A DNA stretch of 64,000 bases from an uncultured bacterium (lineage in GTDB: Bacteria > Desulfobacterota_D > UBA1144 > Nemesobacterales > UBA2774), in assembly GCA_963825135.1 (NCBI GenBank), contig CAWGRW010000009.1, forward strand, positions 1,152,001 through 1,216,000, written 5' to 3'. Positions 62,360-64,000 of the stretch are shown piece by piece. The first letter of the stretch is position 1; every line of letters starts with the position of its first letter. A program made the translations under genes and the position numbers. The notes under the pieces were generated by a model. That model was not told the origin of the DNA. It worked only from the letters and a program-made list of their open reading frames with translations, and searched no databases.

Positions 62360-63152
62360 GGTTTTGAGATTCCAAGCTCCTTCATCACTACCTGCATATC
62401 TTCCCAGAGCGGCTTCTTGAAATTCGGGTTCCTGAGAAGGGCCGCAGGATGATAAGTTACCATAAGTTTCGCCCTTCCGTATTGATGGAACTTCCCCCGG
62501 AGGCTCCCGAGGCTCTGCTTCGTTTTAAGTATGGACTGCGCGGCCGTGCTCCCTAGGCACACTACGACCCCGGGCTCTATCGACCTTATCTGCTTGAATA
62601 GGAACTGCTCGCAGGTCGCCATCTCGTCGGGCTCTGGAGTCCTGTTCTCGGGCGGGCGGCACTTCACCACGTTGCATATATATACGTCCTCTCTCTTTAG
62701 CCCCATCGCCTCTATTATCTTGGTGAGGAGCTGTCCCGACCTCCCCACGAACGGCGTCCCTGCAGGTCCTCGTCCCTCCCCGGCCCTTCCCCCACGAATA
62801 CGAGCCTCGCCTTCGGGTTCCCTTCCCCGAACACCAGATTCGTCCTCCCCTCGTGGAGCTTGCACCGGGTGCAGTCCCCTATCTCCGCCCTTATCTCTTC
62901 GAGCGTCATCTTTTTAGCGGAGGCGTCGAATATGCCGATCTGCTCTTCTATTCTTATAACGTCGTCCTTTTTTTCGGGTGATGTCTGAGCTTTTGGTTGC
63001 GTCCTCACGGGTTCTTTCCCGGGCGCCTTCGGGATGGTCTCTTCCTTGGCCTTTTTTTCCACCGGCGCCCTCGCGACTCCCATGGATTTCTCAAATTCGA
63101 GACGCCTCTTCAAGTCCTCGATGATCCCTTTCAGCTCTGATTCACGGCTCAT
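62350..63152 (-). CDS. Family 4 uracil-DNA glycosylase (Fe-S type), frameshifted near 62757
   Basis: CTRCKL, VFGEG and FVGEGPG in the first ORF; PFVGRSG, NVVKCRPPENR and TYHPAALLR in the second. Confidence 0.9.
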
Positions 63153-63177
63153 ATCAGAATCCTTCTTTCTCTAACTT

Positions 63178-63301
63178 CCCTCTCCCCTCTGTGGAACGGC
63201 TGCAAGCGAGCGCGCAGTCGGACGCCCTATAACAAAGGCTCTGAAGCACCTTAACTCCCGGCTCAATGCTGCCCAAACCAAAGAGGGTCAGGGTGAGGGG
63301 G
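63178..63301. repeat. REP-like CCCTCTCCC...GAGGGTCAGGGTGAGGGG element with an internal spacer
   Basis: ccctctcccctctgtgg (63178-63194) and agagggtcagggtgagggg (63282-63300) are separated by about 87 bp. Confidence 0.45.
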
Positions 63302-63436
63302 TACATTAATATAATAAAACACGGTTTATGCCGAAAAATCCATATCCCGGAAATATACGTATTCTTTGTCCTATGCCTCCGGTTATGGTAAATATTTCTA
63401 TCCTTATTATAAACGGCCGGAGCCTGAGAGCACGCG

Positions 63437-64000
<564 letters not shown>

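Overview
A 64-kb chromosomal segment from a diderm bacterium. Gene style suggests a Deltaproteobacteria/Thermodesulfobacteriota-like lineage (possibly Ca. Dadabacteria), but this is low-confidence inference. The left half (1-36 kb) is mostly housekeeping: acyl-CoA dehydrogenase with TetR, clpS-clpA, degQ, thi4, prs-rplY-pth-hppA, rpsF-rpsR-rplI, tRNA-Leu, an RpoD-like sigma factor, mnmG, a dynamin-like protein and typA. The right half (36-62 kb) is accessory: a copper-handling operon, nnrS/osmC, an AT-richer 10-kb glycosylation cluster, small stress genes and a tRNA-Arg integration hotspot, then udg and leuS. There are two headline candidates. (1) A 128-aa leader ORF with an N-terminal hydrophobic segment and a C-terminal RSPP arrest-like motif, but no CxxC, lies ahead of a putative outer-membrane barrel-CopC-CopD-PCuAC operon. 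Its Pro-Pro codons are complementary to the downstream Shine-Dalgarno, so it looks like a CutF/CruR-type stalling switch with a different sensor. (2) A 2.26-kb integrase-less element in tRNA-Arg(CCG) is bounded by a perfect 49-bp repeat and carries arm-site-like repeats. It encodes only a HEPN-motif protein and an HNH nuclease, a candidate two-gene defence system. At least six single-base frameshifts, including one in leuS, suggest consensus errors in the assembly. All family calls come from motif recognition, not database searches.
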